Positions 36,108-46,577 of a stretch of 64,000 bases of DNA are shown here, one piece after another (within the stretch, counting starts at the first letter, position 1; every line of letters begins with the position of its first letter). The notes beneath the pieces were generated by a model. That model was not told the DNA's origin and did no database searches. It was given only the letters and a program-made list of their open reading frames with translations. The DNA lies in NCBI GenBank assembly GCA_963842085.1, contig CAWJET010000002.1:288001-352000 (forward strand), in the 5' to 3' direction. A program made the position numbers and the translations under genes. Source of the stretch: an uncultured delta proteobacterium (lineage in GTDB: Bacteria; Desulfobacterota; Binatia; Binatales; Binataceae).

Positions 36108-37160
36108 ATGCCCGAAACCAATGTTGCGCGCGGTTCTGTCGAGCCCGCCCCACGCGTCGAGTACGAGTTGCAGCTCTACTACTGGATGAAGCTGATTCGC
36201 GCGTTCGAGGAGCGCGTCTCGCGCCTGCATCGGCAGAACAAAATCCTCGGCGGCGTATACTCCGGCGCCGGCCAGGAGGCGATCGTCACCGGGATTTGCG
36301 CACCGCTGCACGACGGCGACTTCGTCGCGCCGCTCCATCGCGACATGGGCGTGTTCATCATGCGCGGCGTCGAGCCGGGCCGCCTGATGGCGCAGTTGAT
36401 GGGCAAGGAGACGGGCCTGTCGCGCGGCAAGGACTCGTTTCTGCACGGCGGCGACCTGGAGCACGGCGTTTTCGGATCGACCTCGATGCTTGGTTCGTCG
36501 CTGCCCGTCGCAGTCGGCGCGGCGCTCAAATTCAAAATGAAAAAGAACCCTAACGTCGCGGTTGCGTTCTTCGGCGAGGGCGCGTCCTCGCGCGGCGACG
36601 TGCATGAGGCGATGAACTTTGCCGGCGTGCACAAGCTGCCGGTCGTGTTCGTGTGCGAAAACAACCGTTACGCGTATTCGACGCCGCTCGAAAAGCAAAT
36701 GGCGATCGAAGACGTCGCGGACCGCGCGCTGGCCTACGGCTTCAAGGGTTACACCTGCTCGGGCAACGATCTGCTGTTGGTGCTCGAGCTGAGCGAGCGC
36801 CTGATCGCGCGCACCCGCGCGGGCGAAGGTCCGGTGCTGATCGAATGCAAGACGTATCGCTACCGCGGGCATAGCGAGCACGACGCGGCGCTCTACCGCG
36901 ACCAGGAAGAGCTGATCGAGTGGCAAAGCCGCGATCCGATCCCGCGCTTCGAGTTTTACCTCGAAAAGAAAGGCCACGACATCAAGCGCATCCGCGAGCA
37001 GATCGACGAGCGGGCGAACAAGACGGTGCAGGCCGCGGTGGATTTCGCCGAAAGCAGCCCGCTGCCAGAACCTAAAGAAGCACTTGAAGATATTTACGCG
37101 CCTTCCGGCGCGCCGACTTCGACCAGTTCGCCAAACCCTTCGTCCAACGGCAACCGCTAA
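36108..37160 (+). CDS. 2-oxoacid dehydrogenase E1 alpha subunit (TPP-dependent)
   Basis: GQEA, FFGEGASS.G..HEAMNFA, ENN.YAYST, TYRY.GHS.HD. Confidence 0.92.
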   Translation: MPETNVARGSVEPAPRVEYELQLYYWMKLIRAFEERVSRLHRQNKILGGVYSGAGQEAIVTGICAPLHDGDFVAPLHRDMGVFIMRGVEPGRLMAQLMGKETGLSRGKDSFLHGGDLEHGVFGSTSMLGSSLPVAVGAALKFKMKKNPNVAVAFFGEGASSRGDVHEAMNFAGVHKLPVVFVCENNRYAYSTPLEKQMAIEDVADRALAYGFKGYTCSGNDLLLVLELSERLIARTRAGEGPVLIECKTYRYRGHSEHDAALYRDQEELIEWQSRDPIPRFEFYLEKKGHDIKRIREQIDERANKTVQAAVDFAESSPLPEPKEALEDIYAPSGAPTSTSSPNPSSNGNR

Positions 37161-38141
37161 ATGGAAGTCACCTACATCAAGGCGATCAATTCCGCGCTGC
37201 ACGAAGAGATGCGCCGCGACGAGAACGTCTTTGTCATGGGCGAGGACGTCGCGGAGCTGGGCGGCGCGTTCAAGGCCACCGAAGGGTTGCTCGACGCGTT
37301 CGGCGAGGAGCGCGTCATCGACACGCCCATCTCGGAGGCGTTGATCGTCGGCGCGGGAATCGGCGCGGCGGTGCTCGGGATGCGCCCGGTGGTCGAAATG
37401 CAGTTCGCGGATTTTATCTCGTGCGGCTTCGATCAGATCGTCAACACCGCCGCGACGCTGCGCTACCGTCACGGCGGCAAGGCCGCGTGTCCGCTGGTGA
37501 TACGCGCGCCGTCGGGCGCGGGCGTTCACGGCGCGCTGTTCCATTCGCAAAATCCCGAGGCGTGGTTCACGCGCGTGCCCGGACTCAAGGTGGTCGCACC
37601 CGCAACACCGTACGACGCGAAGGGAATTTTGAAGAGCGCGATTCGCGACGGCAATCCGGTCGTCTACTTCGAGCACAAGCGGCTCTATCGCAGCATCAAG
37701 GAAGACCTGCCTGAGGGCGATTTCACCGTGCCGATCGGAGTCGCGGAGCTTCGCAAGGAAGGGGGCGACGTTTCGATAATCACTTACGGCGGCACGCTCG
37801 GGCAGTCGCTCGATGCGGCGCGAATCGTCGAGAAGGAAGACGGGCTCTCGGTCGAGGTGCTCGACTTGCGCACGCTGCTGCCGCTGGATCGCGAGGCGAT
37901 ACTCGCGACCGCGCGCAAGACCGGCAAAGTGCTGGTGGTGCACGAGGATCGCCTCACCGGCGGAATCGGCGGCGAGGTTTCCGCGATCATAATGGAGAAC
38001 GCGTTCGAATATCTCGACGGTCCGGTTCGCCGGGTCGCGGCCGCCGACGCGCACGTCGCGTTCAGCCCGCCGCTCGAGGATTTCATCCTGCCGAGCACCA
38101 ACAAAATCGTCAACGCGATCCGCAGCCTGGCGGCTTACTGA
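37161..38141 (+). CDS. 2-oxoacid dehydrogenase E1 beta subunit
   Basis: GEDV, DTPISE, EMQFADF, HSQ.PE, FEHK.LY, DLRTL.PLD. Confidence 0.94.
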   Translation: MEVTYIKAINSALHEEMRRDENVFVMGEDVAELGGAFKATEGLLDAFGEERVIDTPISEALIVGAGIGAAVLGMRPVVEMQFADFISCGFDQIVNTAATLRYRHGGKAACPLVIRAPSGAGVHGALFHSQNPEAWFTRVPGLKVVAPATPYDAKGILKSAIRDGNPVVYFEHKRLYRSIKEDLPEGDFTVPIGVAELRKEGGDVSIITYGGTLGQSLDAARIVEKEDGLSVEVLDLRTLLPLDREAILATARKTGKVLVVHEDRLTGGIGGEVSAIIMENAFEYLDGPVRRVAAADAHVAFSPPLEDFILPSTNKIVNAIRSLAAY

Positions 38142-38142
38142 A

Positions 38143-39528
38143 ATGGCGATCGACGTAACGATGCCGCAGATGGGCGAGAGTGTCGTCGAAGGCACGATCG
38201 CAAAGTGGCTGGTCAAGGAAGGCGACGTCGTCACAGAAGATCAGCCGCTCGTCGAGATTTCAACCGACAAGGTAGACACCGAGATTCCGTCGCCCGGCGC
38301 GGGACGAATCGCGAAGATTGTCGCCGCGGAGGGACAGACGCTGCCGGTTGGCGCGACGCTCGCCGTCATCGAACCGGCCGGCGCCGAGGCTCCGGCAAAA
38401 CTGCAAGTCGTCGCGCCCAAAGCCGCGTCGAAGCCGGAACCAGCGCCGGCGCAGGTGAAGCCTGCACCGCTGCCGCGGCCCGCGCCGTCACCACAGCCGA
38501 TGCAAGCGGCGGGCGCTGGCCTTCGTGAAGCAGAACCCGAAGCGGGAGGTCCGCGGCGCTTCTCTCCAGTCGTGCTGAAAATCGCGGCGGAAGAGGGCAT
38601 CGATCTGAGCCGCGTGCCGGGAACCGGAATCGGCGGACGAGTGAGCAAGCGCGACCTGCAGCGTTACCTCGATACGCTGCGCAAAGGCGGAGCACCCGGC
38701 GCCGCGCCGCAGCCGCAGACCAACGGAGCGGCGCAGAGCAGCGCGCGTCCGGCGACGACTGCTCCCACGACAACGCAACCGCAGCAATTGGGCACGGTCT
38801 TTCGGCCGCCCGTCTATCAGCCTGTCGAGGGCGACGTCGTCGAGCCGTTCACGCGCCGGCGCAAACTTATCGCCGAGCACATGGTGTACTCGAAGACGCA
38901 TTCGCCGCACGTAGGCACCGTCGCGGAAGTCGACGTCACCAAGGCGATGCGGCTGCGCGAAGCGCACAAAGACGAGTTCGCGCGGCGCGAAGGATTCAGT
39001 CTCACCTTTCTGCCGATTGCAGCGGCGGCGACCGTTCGAGCGCTCAAGGAATTTCCGCGAATGAACGCGTCGGTGGTGGGCGACTCCGTCGTGACGCGCC
39101 GCGAAATCAATCTTGGCATCGCGATGGATACCGACGAAGGCCTGCTGGTCCCCGTGATCAAGGCGGCGGAAGGGATGTCGCTGGTTGGAATTGCGCGCGC
39201 GATCGAAAGTCTGCGGCGCAAAGTCGCCGAGAAGAAGATCACCGCCGACGACCTCGCGGGCGGCAGCTTTACCGTCTCCAATCCGGGGAGAGAGGGGAAT
39301 CTGTACGGATTTGCGATCATCAATCAGCCGCAGGTCGGCATCCTGCGGATGGGCGAGGTGAAGAAGCGGCCGGTGGTCGTCGAAGTTGACGGCGCCGACG
39401 CGATCGCGATTCGCACCATGATGTATCTCGCGCTGTCGTACGACCATCGCGTCGTCGACGGCGTGCTGGGCAACAGCTTCCTCTACCGCACCGCGCGCAT
39501 CCTCGAAGAAGCCGAGTTCGAACTCTGA
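38143..39528 (+). CDS. Dihydrolipoamide acyltransferase E2
   Basis: Lipoyl domain (STDKVD), E3-binding GTG.GGRVSK.D, catalytic DHRVVDG. Confidence 0.94.
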   Translation: MAIDVTMPQMGESVVEGTIAKWLVKEGDVVTEDQPLVEISTDKVDTEIPSPGAGRIAKIVAAEGQTLPVGATLAVIEPAGAEAPAKLQVVAPKAASKPEPAPAQVKPAPLPRPAPSPQPMQAAGAGLREAEPEAGGPRRFSPVVLKIAAEEGIDLSRVPGTGIGGRVSKRDLQRYLDTLRKGGAPGAAPQPQTNGAAQSSARPATTAPTTTQPQQLGTVFRPPVYQPVEGDVVEPFTRRRKLIAEHMVYSKTHSPHVGTVAEVDVTKAMRLREAHKDEFARREGFSLTFLPIAAAATVRALKEFPRMNASVVGDSVVTRREINLGIAMDTDEGLLVPVIKAAEGMSLVGIARAIESLRRKVAEKKITADDLAGGSFTVSNPGREGNLYGFAIINQPQVGILRMGEVKKRPVVVEVDGADAIAIRTMMYLALSYDHRVVDGVLGNSFLYRTARILEEAEFEL

Positions 39529-39555
39529 GCCGCTCCGCTCCAACATCGTCAGCTA

Positions 39556-39646
39556 AGCGAAGAATCTCGCGCATAGCGCGCCTTGTAGAGCCTGGCGCAC
39601 GGCCTCGGGCGAGATTTTTCGCTGCCGCGGCCTTCGCTCAGAATGA
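39556..39646. repeat. REP-like family B inverted doublet between convergent genes
   Basis: AGCGAAGAATCTCGC ... GCGAGATTTTTCGCT...CGCTCAGAATGA. Confidence 0.65.
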
Positions 39647-39674
39647 TGGAGTGGTTCGGTCCCTACGGCCAGCG

Positions 39675-40340
39675 TCAGGCTGGGTGCGCGGGTTGTTGCG
39701 CGCGGAGTTGTTGCAGCATGTTTGCGATCTGGCCGCTCAGGTCGCCGATGGTGCGGCTTAGCGCTGCGGCGGCGTCGGTTTCGTCGCCGGGTTTGGAGGG
39801 TTGGGTCAGATTGGATTCGACGGTGTAGAGGATGTTCTTGCCGGTTGAGTCGAGGATCGTCCATTTCGCCGACAGCGTCGCGGTGCCCTGGCCGTCGGTC
39901 TCGAAGCGATAGACGTCGATCTCGACCTGCAAATCGATATGCGTGGTGTTGTACCACGGGAAGACGATGATGCGCCCGGGGCCGGCTTGTGCGGCGAGGT
40001 CGCGCTCCATCGCGCTGGTGAAACCGTTCTGCAGCGACTCGCCCCATCGATCCTCTTTCGAGAGCTCGAGACGATTGGGCGCCATGCGCGTCACTATTTC
40101 CGGGCGATCGAGGTACGGGGGCAGTTTGATCGGCCCAAGTCCGATCGTGAAATCACCGCCGGCGCTCTTGGCTGCCGCCGATGCCGGCGCCGCGGTGTCC
40201 GCAGTTGGCGTGAGGAGATAAAACTTCGAGATATCTTTCTGCGGGGCGAGAATCGCTTTGGCGAGGTATGAACAGCCCGCGAGGGAGATCGCGAGCGCGC
40301 CAGCCACGCAGGTTTTCAGGAGCACTCTGGTCAAGGTCAT
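39675..40340 (-). CDS. PqiC-family ABC transport auxiliary lipoprotein
   Basis: Lipobox LAG-C, FYLL, LPPYLDRPEIV, RW.E.L. Confidence 0.88.
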   Translation of the reverse strand: MTLTRVLLKTCVAGALAISLAGCSYLAKAILAPQKDISKFYLLTPTADTAAPASAAAKSAGGDFTIGLGPIKLPPYLDRPEIVTRMAPNRLELSKEDRWGESLQNGFTSAMERDLAAQAGPGRIIVFPWYNTTHIDLQVEIDVYRFETDGQGTATLSAKWTILDSTGKNILYTVESNLTQPSKPGDETDAAAALSRTIGDLSGQIANMLQQLRAQQPAHPA

Positions 40341-40343
40341 CGA

Positions 40344-41321
40344 TTAGTCCTGGCTGAAATCGCGCCCGCGAACGATCGCGCTTGGGTTACGCTGCAGGTA
40401 GTCCGCCAGCTCCTTGATCGAGTGCGCGGCGGCGGAGACGTCCTGCAGCGTCTGCAGCGCCTGGTAGTTGATCGGAGAGTTCGGCTCGATCGTCGTTTGC
40501 ACGGTGCCGAGCGTCACCCGCGCCTGCCTGGCGGCGGCGTCCGCCGAATTTGAGGTTTTCTGCAAGGAGTTCGAGAGCGGGGGCACCTGGCTGTTCACTG
40601 TACTGAGCGTCTGCTGCGCTCCGGCCAGCGCATGGTCGAGTTGCTCGCGGGTTTTCTCGGAATTGGCCACCACCTGCTTGATCGCGGGCGAGGTGGTGAT
40701 TTGCCTGATGGACTCCAGCATCGCGGTCATCTCGGTGAACACGGCGTTGAAGTCCACCTTGTCGAGCCTTTCGAAAATCCGCACGGCCACGGCCTGGGCC
40801 TGTTCGAGGGTGTTGGGAACGGCGGGGATTTCCTGGAGCGGAGAGCCGGGCGCCGCGACCATTGTAATCGGCGTATTCGGTAGGATGTCCAGCGCCACGT
40901 ACAACAGGCCGGTCACGAAGCTGTCCAGGCCCAGTTGCGCGCGCATGCCTTCGCGAATCAGGTTGGGAACCGTGTGCGGGTCGCTCAGGTCGATGGCGGT
41001 GCCGCCGTGGGAAACGATCTTTTCCTCATCGAGCTCGATGATCACCGGAATGCGCACGTCGGCCCGCAGCCGGCCGGTCTGGGAGTTCACCTCCTGCCCC
41101 AGGCGCAGCATAATCCGCTTGACCTGGCCTATCTCGACGCCCTTGAACTTGACCGGCGCGCCGGTCCTCAGGCCGTTGATGTCGCCGGGGAAGTAAATGA
41201 CGAATTCGTGCGTTTTGCGGAACAGGTTGCCCGAGCCGAAGACCACTATCGCGGCCAGGATCAGGCCAATCGCGCCCAGAACGAACGCACCCACGGTCGC
41301 CGGATTGATTCGCTTACCCAT
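40344..41321 (-). CDS. MlaD/MCE family protein
   Basis: VGAFVLG TM, GL..GAPVKFKGVEIGQV, GMRAQL....VTG, L.RNP.A..RG. Confidence 0.92.
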   Translation of the reverse strand: MGKRINPATVGAFVLGAIGLILAAIVVFGSGNLFRKTHEFVIYFPGDINGLRTGAPVKFKGVEIGQVKRIMLRLGQEVNSQTGRLRADVRIPVIIELDEEKIVSHGGTAIDLSDPHTVPNLIREGMRAQLGLDSFVTGLLYVALDILPNTPITMVAAPGSPLQEIPAVPNTLEQAQAVAVRIFERLDKVDFNAVFTEMTAMLESIRQITTSPAIKQVVANSEKTREQLDHALAGAQQTLSTVNSQVPPLSNSLQKTSNSADAAARQARVTLGTVQTTIEPNSPINYQALQTLQDVSAAAHSIKELADYLQRNPSAIVRGRDFSQD

Positions 41322-42168
41322 GATCCCTCGCTGATTTTTCCGATTTGTTGTCTTCCGCGCCGCGCGTCAGGAAAGTGCGCACGCGCTCGTCGGTGCAATG
41401 CGCCAGCAGGTCCTTGGGGTCGCCGTGCGCGATCATCGTCCTGCTCTCCGCGTCGAGAAAGACGCTGTTGTTGCCGATTGCAAAAATGCTGGCCAGCTCG
41501 TGAGTCACGACGACTACCGTGGCGCCGAGGTTGTCGCGCAGCTCCAGGATCAGGTCGTCGAGCAGCCGCGAACTGATCGGATCGAGGCCGGCCGACGGCT
41601 CGTCGAAGAAAAGTATTTCCGGGTCCAGCGCGATCGCGCGCGCCAGGCCCGCCCGCTTCTGCATCCCGCCGCTGATCTGGCTGGGGTAATAGCCCTCGAA
41701 GCCCTTGAGCCCGACCAGAGCCAGCTTCAGCGCCGCGACCTCTTGAATTTCTTCGTCCGACAGATCGGTGAATTCGCCGAGCGGCAGTCCCACGTTTTCC
41801 GCCAGCGTCATCGAGCTCCAGAGCGCGCCGCCCTGGTACAAGACGCCGAAATGACGGAGCATCTCCTCGCGCTCGAGCGGCTCAGCCCCGGTGAAATTGA
41901 AATCGCCGTACCAGACCTCGCCCTTGGCGGGCTCGATCAATCCGAGCATGTGGCGGAGCAGGGTGCTTTTGCCGCTGCCGCTGCCGCCCATGATTACGAA
42001 AATATCGCCGTGATTGACGGTGAAGTTTATGTCCTTCATCAGCACGAAGGTTCCGTACGCCATCGTGAGATTCTTGACTGTGATTGGCGGAGGACCGTCC
42101 TTGGGAAACCTCGTCACAGAGACCGGTTTGCCGTCGGCAGGCTTGAGCGATGAGTGCGTGGTGGCCAT
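41314..42168 (-). CDS. MlaF-like ABC transporter ATP-binding protein
   Basis: GGSGSGKS, ISGGMQKRAGLARA, FFDEPSAGLDP, VVTHE. Confidence 0.94.
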   Translation of the reverse strand: MATTHSSLKPADGKPVSVTRFPKDGPPPITVKNLTMAYGTFVLMKDINFTVNHGDIFVIMGGSGSGKSTLLRHMLGLIEPAKGEVWYGDFNFTGAEPLEREEMLRHFGVLYQGGALWSSMTLAENVGLPLGEFTDLSDEEIQEVAALKLALVGLKGFEGYYPSQISGGMQKRAGLARAIALDPEILFFDEPSAGLDPISSRLLDDLILELRDNLGATVVVVTHELASIFAIGNNSVFLDAESRTMIAHGDPKDLLAHCTDERVRTFLTRGAEDNKSEKSARDHG

Positions 42169-42224
42169 TTCAGTGATTCACTGCGCCGGGCTGTCCGGTT
42201 TGATTCTCACTCGCGGTCAAAAAG

Positions 42225-43376
42225 CTAAATTCCAATCACGTTGAAGACGAAGGCGAAGATTCCGCACGCGACGATCACGTAAACGATTCCCGTAACCACC
42301 GCCTCGGTCGCCGCATCGCCGACCGCCGACGAGCTGTCGCCGCACTGAAACCCGCGCAGGCATCCGGCGACCGCGATAATTATGCCGTAAACAGCGGCCT
42401 TGAATACGCCGCCGAAGATGTCGGTAAGTGTGACCGCTGCCTGGGTTTCGCGAAGATACGAGGCGAGCGGGATATGCAGCATCGTCGCGCTGACGAACGC
42501 GCCCCCAGCCACACCCAGGCAATCGGCGTAAACGCATAGCAGCGGGATCATCAGGAACAGCGCCAGCACGCGCGGCAACACCAGGAATTCGAGCGGCGAG
42601 ATTCCCATCGTGGTCAGCGCGTCGATTTCCTGGGTCACTTTCATCGAGCCAAGCTGAGCGGCGAACGCGGCGCCGGTGCGGCCCGCCATGATGATCGCGG
42701 CCATCATCGCGCCCATGTCGCGGCTCATCGCGATTCCAACCAGGTCGGCGACGAAGATTGACGCGCCGAACTGTTGCAGCTGTACCGCGCCCTCGAACGC
42801 GAGGATCACGCCGACCAGGAATGTGACCAACGTGACAATGCCGAACGCGCGGGCGCCGCAATCCTGGATCACGATCATCAGATCGACCTTGCGAAAACGC
42901 GCCTTGCCCACAGCCAGCTTGGCGAACGCGATCGCAACTTCGCCCAAGAAGCGCAGAAAATCATCCAATGCCTGCGCATACGATATCGCTTCGCGGCCAA
43001 GCTGTTCGATGAACGAAGAATGCGAGACCTCGGCGCGGGCGCCGGTCTTCTCCGGCACCGCCTCCGCCAGTTGAATCAGGCCCCGCGCGCCCTCGGGGAG
43101 CGGGACCCAATCCGCGGGCAGCTTGCGCTTGTGGCAGATCTCGCTGACGCCTATCAGGAACGTGAGCAGGCCGCTGTCCCAGTCACCGAGCTCAGCGGCG
43201 TCAAAGGTCAGGCTGGTGGGCTTCGGCGCGGTGTCGAGCTGTTGCTCCACGAGCTGGGGCGAAGGCAGGCCGTGACGGAGATGCCAATCGCCGGCGAGCC
43301 GGACAACCAGCGTAGTCTTATCGGCGCGCGCAAACGAAAGTTCGCCCGACTGTTCGGATTGTTTGTGCGCCTGCAT
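42225..43376 (-). CDS. MlaE-like ABC permease with N-terminal STAS-like domain
   Basis: AGRTGAAFAAQLGSMKV.QEIDAL..MG..P..FLV.PR; N-terminal WDS.L. Confidence 0.93.
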   Translation of the reverse strand: MQAHKQSEQSGELSFARADKTTLVVRLAGDWHLRHGLPSPQLVEQQLDTAPKPTSLTFDAAELGDWDSGLLTFLIGVSEICHKRKLPADWVPLPEGARGLIQLAEAVPEKTGARAEVSHSSFIEQLGREAISYAQALDDFLRFLGEVAIAFAKLAVGKARFRKVDLMIVIQDCGARAFGIVTLVTFLVGVILAFEGAVQLQQFGASIFVADLVGIAMSRDMGAMMAAIIMAGRTGAAFAAQLGSMKVTQEIDALTTMGISPLEFLVLPRVLALFLMIPLLCVYADCLGVAGGAFVSATMLHIPLASYLRETQAAVTLTDIFGGVFKAAVYGIIIAVAGCLRGFQCGDSSSAVGDAATEAVVTGIVYVIVACGIFAFVFNVIGI

Positions 43377-43486
43377 CCGTGCGGCTCAATAGAGCACGCC
43401 GATAAACGCTAGCACAATTCTTCGCCGTTATGGTTTAAGGGTCTTTGCGCAAGCCAATCGCCGGCCCACGACATATAATATCTTGA

Positions 43487-44488
43487 ATGAAGGCGATGGT
43501 GGTCGAAAAACCCGCGCCGATCGAGTCGGAGCCGCTGCACGCTATCGACGTGCCGGTTCCCGAGGCGGGGCCGGGCGAAATTCTCGTGCGCGTGCGCACT
43601 TGCGGCGTGTGCCGGACCGATCTTCACGTTGCCGAGGGCGACCTGTCGCCGCGCCATCCGCGAATCATTCCGGGTCATGAAGTAGTAGGCGTCGTGGACA
43701 AGCGCGGCGTCGGTGCGGCGCGCTTCAAGCAGGGCGAGCGGGTCGGGATCGCGTGGCTGCGCGAGACCTGCGGCGTATGCGTCTATTGCCGCCGCGGGCG
43801 CGAAAATCTCTGCCCGAACGCGCGCTTCACCGGCTACGACCACGACGGCGGCTACTGCGAATGGGCCGTCGTGCGAGAGGATTTCGCCTATGCTCTCCCC
43901 GACTCGCTCGGCGATGAGGAAGCGGCGCCGTTGTTGTGTGCGGGAATTATAGGGTTCCGCGCAATCAAGCGCGCCGAGGTCAGGCCCGGCGCGACGGTCG
44001 GACTCTACGGCTTCGGCGGTTCGGCTCATCTTGCCATCCAGGTGCTGCGCCACTGGGGATGCCGTGTGTTTGTCATGAGCCGTGGTGGGCCGCATCGCGA
44101 TCTGGCGAAGGACCTCGGCGCCGAATGGATCGGCAATGCGGAAGATGCGCCGCCCGCGCCGCTCGATGCGGCGATTCTGTTTGCCCCGGCGGGAAATCTG
44201 GTGCCGCCGGCTCTGCAAGCGCTCGATCGCGGTGGCATCCTGGCGGTCGCGGGAATTTATCTAAGTCCAGTCCCGGTCCTCGACTACGAGAAACATTTGT
44301 TCTACGAAAAAGAACTTCGCAGTGTGACCGCAAACACCCGCGCCGATGGCGAGGAGTTCCTGAAGCTCGCGGGCGAGATACCGATTCGCACGAGCACGGT
44401 GGCTTTCGGCCTGGCCGAGGCCAACGTGGCGCTCAAGATGCTTAAGCACGACGAGATCAAAGGCGCCGGCGTGCTCAGGATTTCGTGA
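43487..44488 (+). CDS. Zinc-binding alcohol dehydrogenase family protein
   Basis: CGVCRTDLH, PGHE, C-x2-C-x2-C-x7-C, APLLCAG, GFGGSAH; TATAAT 7 nt upstream of ATG. Confidence 0.93.
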   Translation: MKAMVVEKPAPIESEPLHAIDVPVPEAGPGEILVRVRTCGVCRTDLHVAEGDLSPRHPRIIPGHEVVGVVDKRGVGAARFKQGERVGIAWLRETCGVCVYCRRGRENLCPNARFTGYDHDGGYCEWAVVREDFAYALPDSLGDEEAAPLLCAGIIGFRAIKRAEVRPGATVGLYGFGGSAHLAIQVLRHWGCRVFVMSRGGPHRDLAKDLGAEWIGNAEDAPPAPLDAAILFAPAGNLVPPALQALDRGGILAVAGIYLSPVPVLDYEKHLFYEKELRSVTANTRADGEEFLKLAGEIPIRTSTVAFGLAEANVALKMLKHDEIKGAGVLRIS

Positions 44489-44492
44489 GCAC

Positions 44493-44627
44493 GGTTGACC
44501 CCTGCACCCGGTGTTAAGGGTCGGGGCGCCGAGGCGCGGGACTGTTCCGTTTTTGTGTCATTCAGAGCGAAGCGAAGAATCCCGGCCGCATCCTGGCCGC
44601 CGCAGTGCAAGTTTTGCTTCACTCAGA
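44493..44627. repeat. Composite of repeat family A core (44493-44516) and family B (44557-44585 with degenerate partner to 44627)
   Basis: GGTTGACCCCTGCACCCGGTGTTA; GTCATTCAGAGCGAAGCGAAGAATCCCGG. Confidence 0.7.
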
Positions 44628-44649
44628 GCGCTTGTTTCATTAGTCTTCG

Positions 44650-44679
44650 TTGACGCGCCGGCGCGATGCTTGCTACCCT
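44650..44679 (+). promoter_or_regulatory. Candidate sigma70 promoter for nuoB (TTGACG-N18-TACCCT with TG extension)
   Basis: Hexamer match about 45 nt upstream of the nuoB ATG. Confidence 0.45.
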
Positions 44680-44724
44680 TCAAGTGTAACGATCTAACGT
44701 ATATATCAACCGCCAGAGGCAACA

Positions 44725-45258
44725 ATGGCATTAGCTAAAAGCGGACTCGAATCTTCCAAGGGCGATGAGATTCTGCTCGGCGACACCGCCGTTCTGACCC
44801 GGCTCGACAAGGCGCTCGGCTGGGCGCGAAAATTTTCGATCTTTCCCTATCCGTTCGCGACCGCGTGCTGCGCGATGGAATATATGTCGCTCTCGATGAC
44901 CCCCTACGACATCGACCGGTTCGGCGCGCTGCTGCCGCGTTTCACTCCGCGCCAGGCAGACCTGCTGATGGTCATCGGCACCGTGACAGTTCGACAGGGG
45001 CCGATTCTGCGCCGCGTTTACGATCAGATGGCCGAGCCGAAGTGGGTGATGGCGTTTGGCGCGTGCGCCTCGACCGGCGGCTTCTACGACAATTATGCGA
45101 CCTTGCCCGGCATCGACAGGATCGTCCCGGTTGATGTCTACGTTCCCGGATGCCCGCCGCGGCCCGAAGGCGTGCTCGACGGGCTGATGGCGCTGCAGCG
45201 TAAAATCCAGGGCCAGAAGCAGAAACTGATGGCGCTCAGCGAAAAGCATCCCGCCTGA
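44725..45258 (+). CDS. nuoB: NADH-quinone oxidoreductase subunit B
   Basis: TACCAME, PRQADL, YDQM.EPKWV..FGACAS.GG, DVYVPGCPPRPE. Confidence 0.95.
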   Translation: MALAKSGLESSKGDEILLGDTAVLTRLDKALGWARKFSIFPYPFATACCAMEYMSLSMTPYDIDRFGALLPRFTPRQADLLMVIGTVTVRQGPILRRVYDQMAEPKWVMAFGACASTGGFYDNYATLPGIDRIVPVDVYVPGCPPRPEGVLDGLMALQRKIQGQKQKLMALSEKHPA

Positions 45259-45286
45259 ACCACACGACGAACGCACCGGGATTCAC

Positions 45287-46576
<1,290 letters not shown>

Positions 46577-46577
46577 C

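Noticed and set aside
35070-38234. 1054-aa minus-strand ORF
   Set aside because: Antisense shadow of the DUF1028 and E1 alpha/beta genes; no recognisable motifs; long shadow ORFs are expected in GC-rich coding DNA
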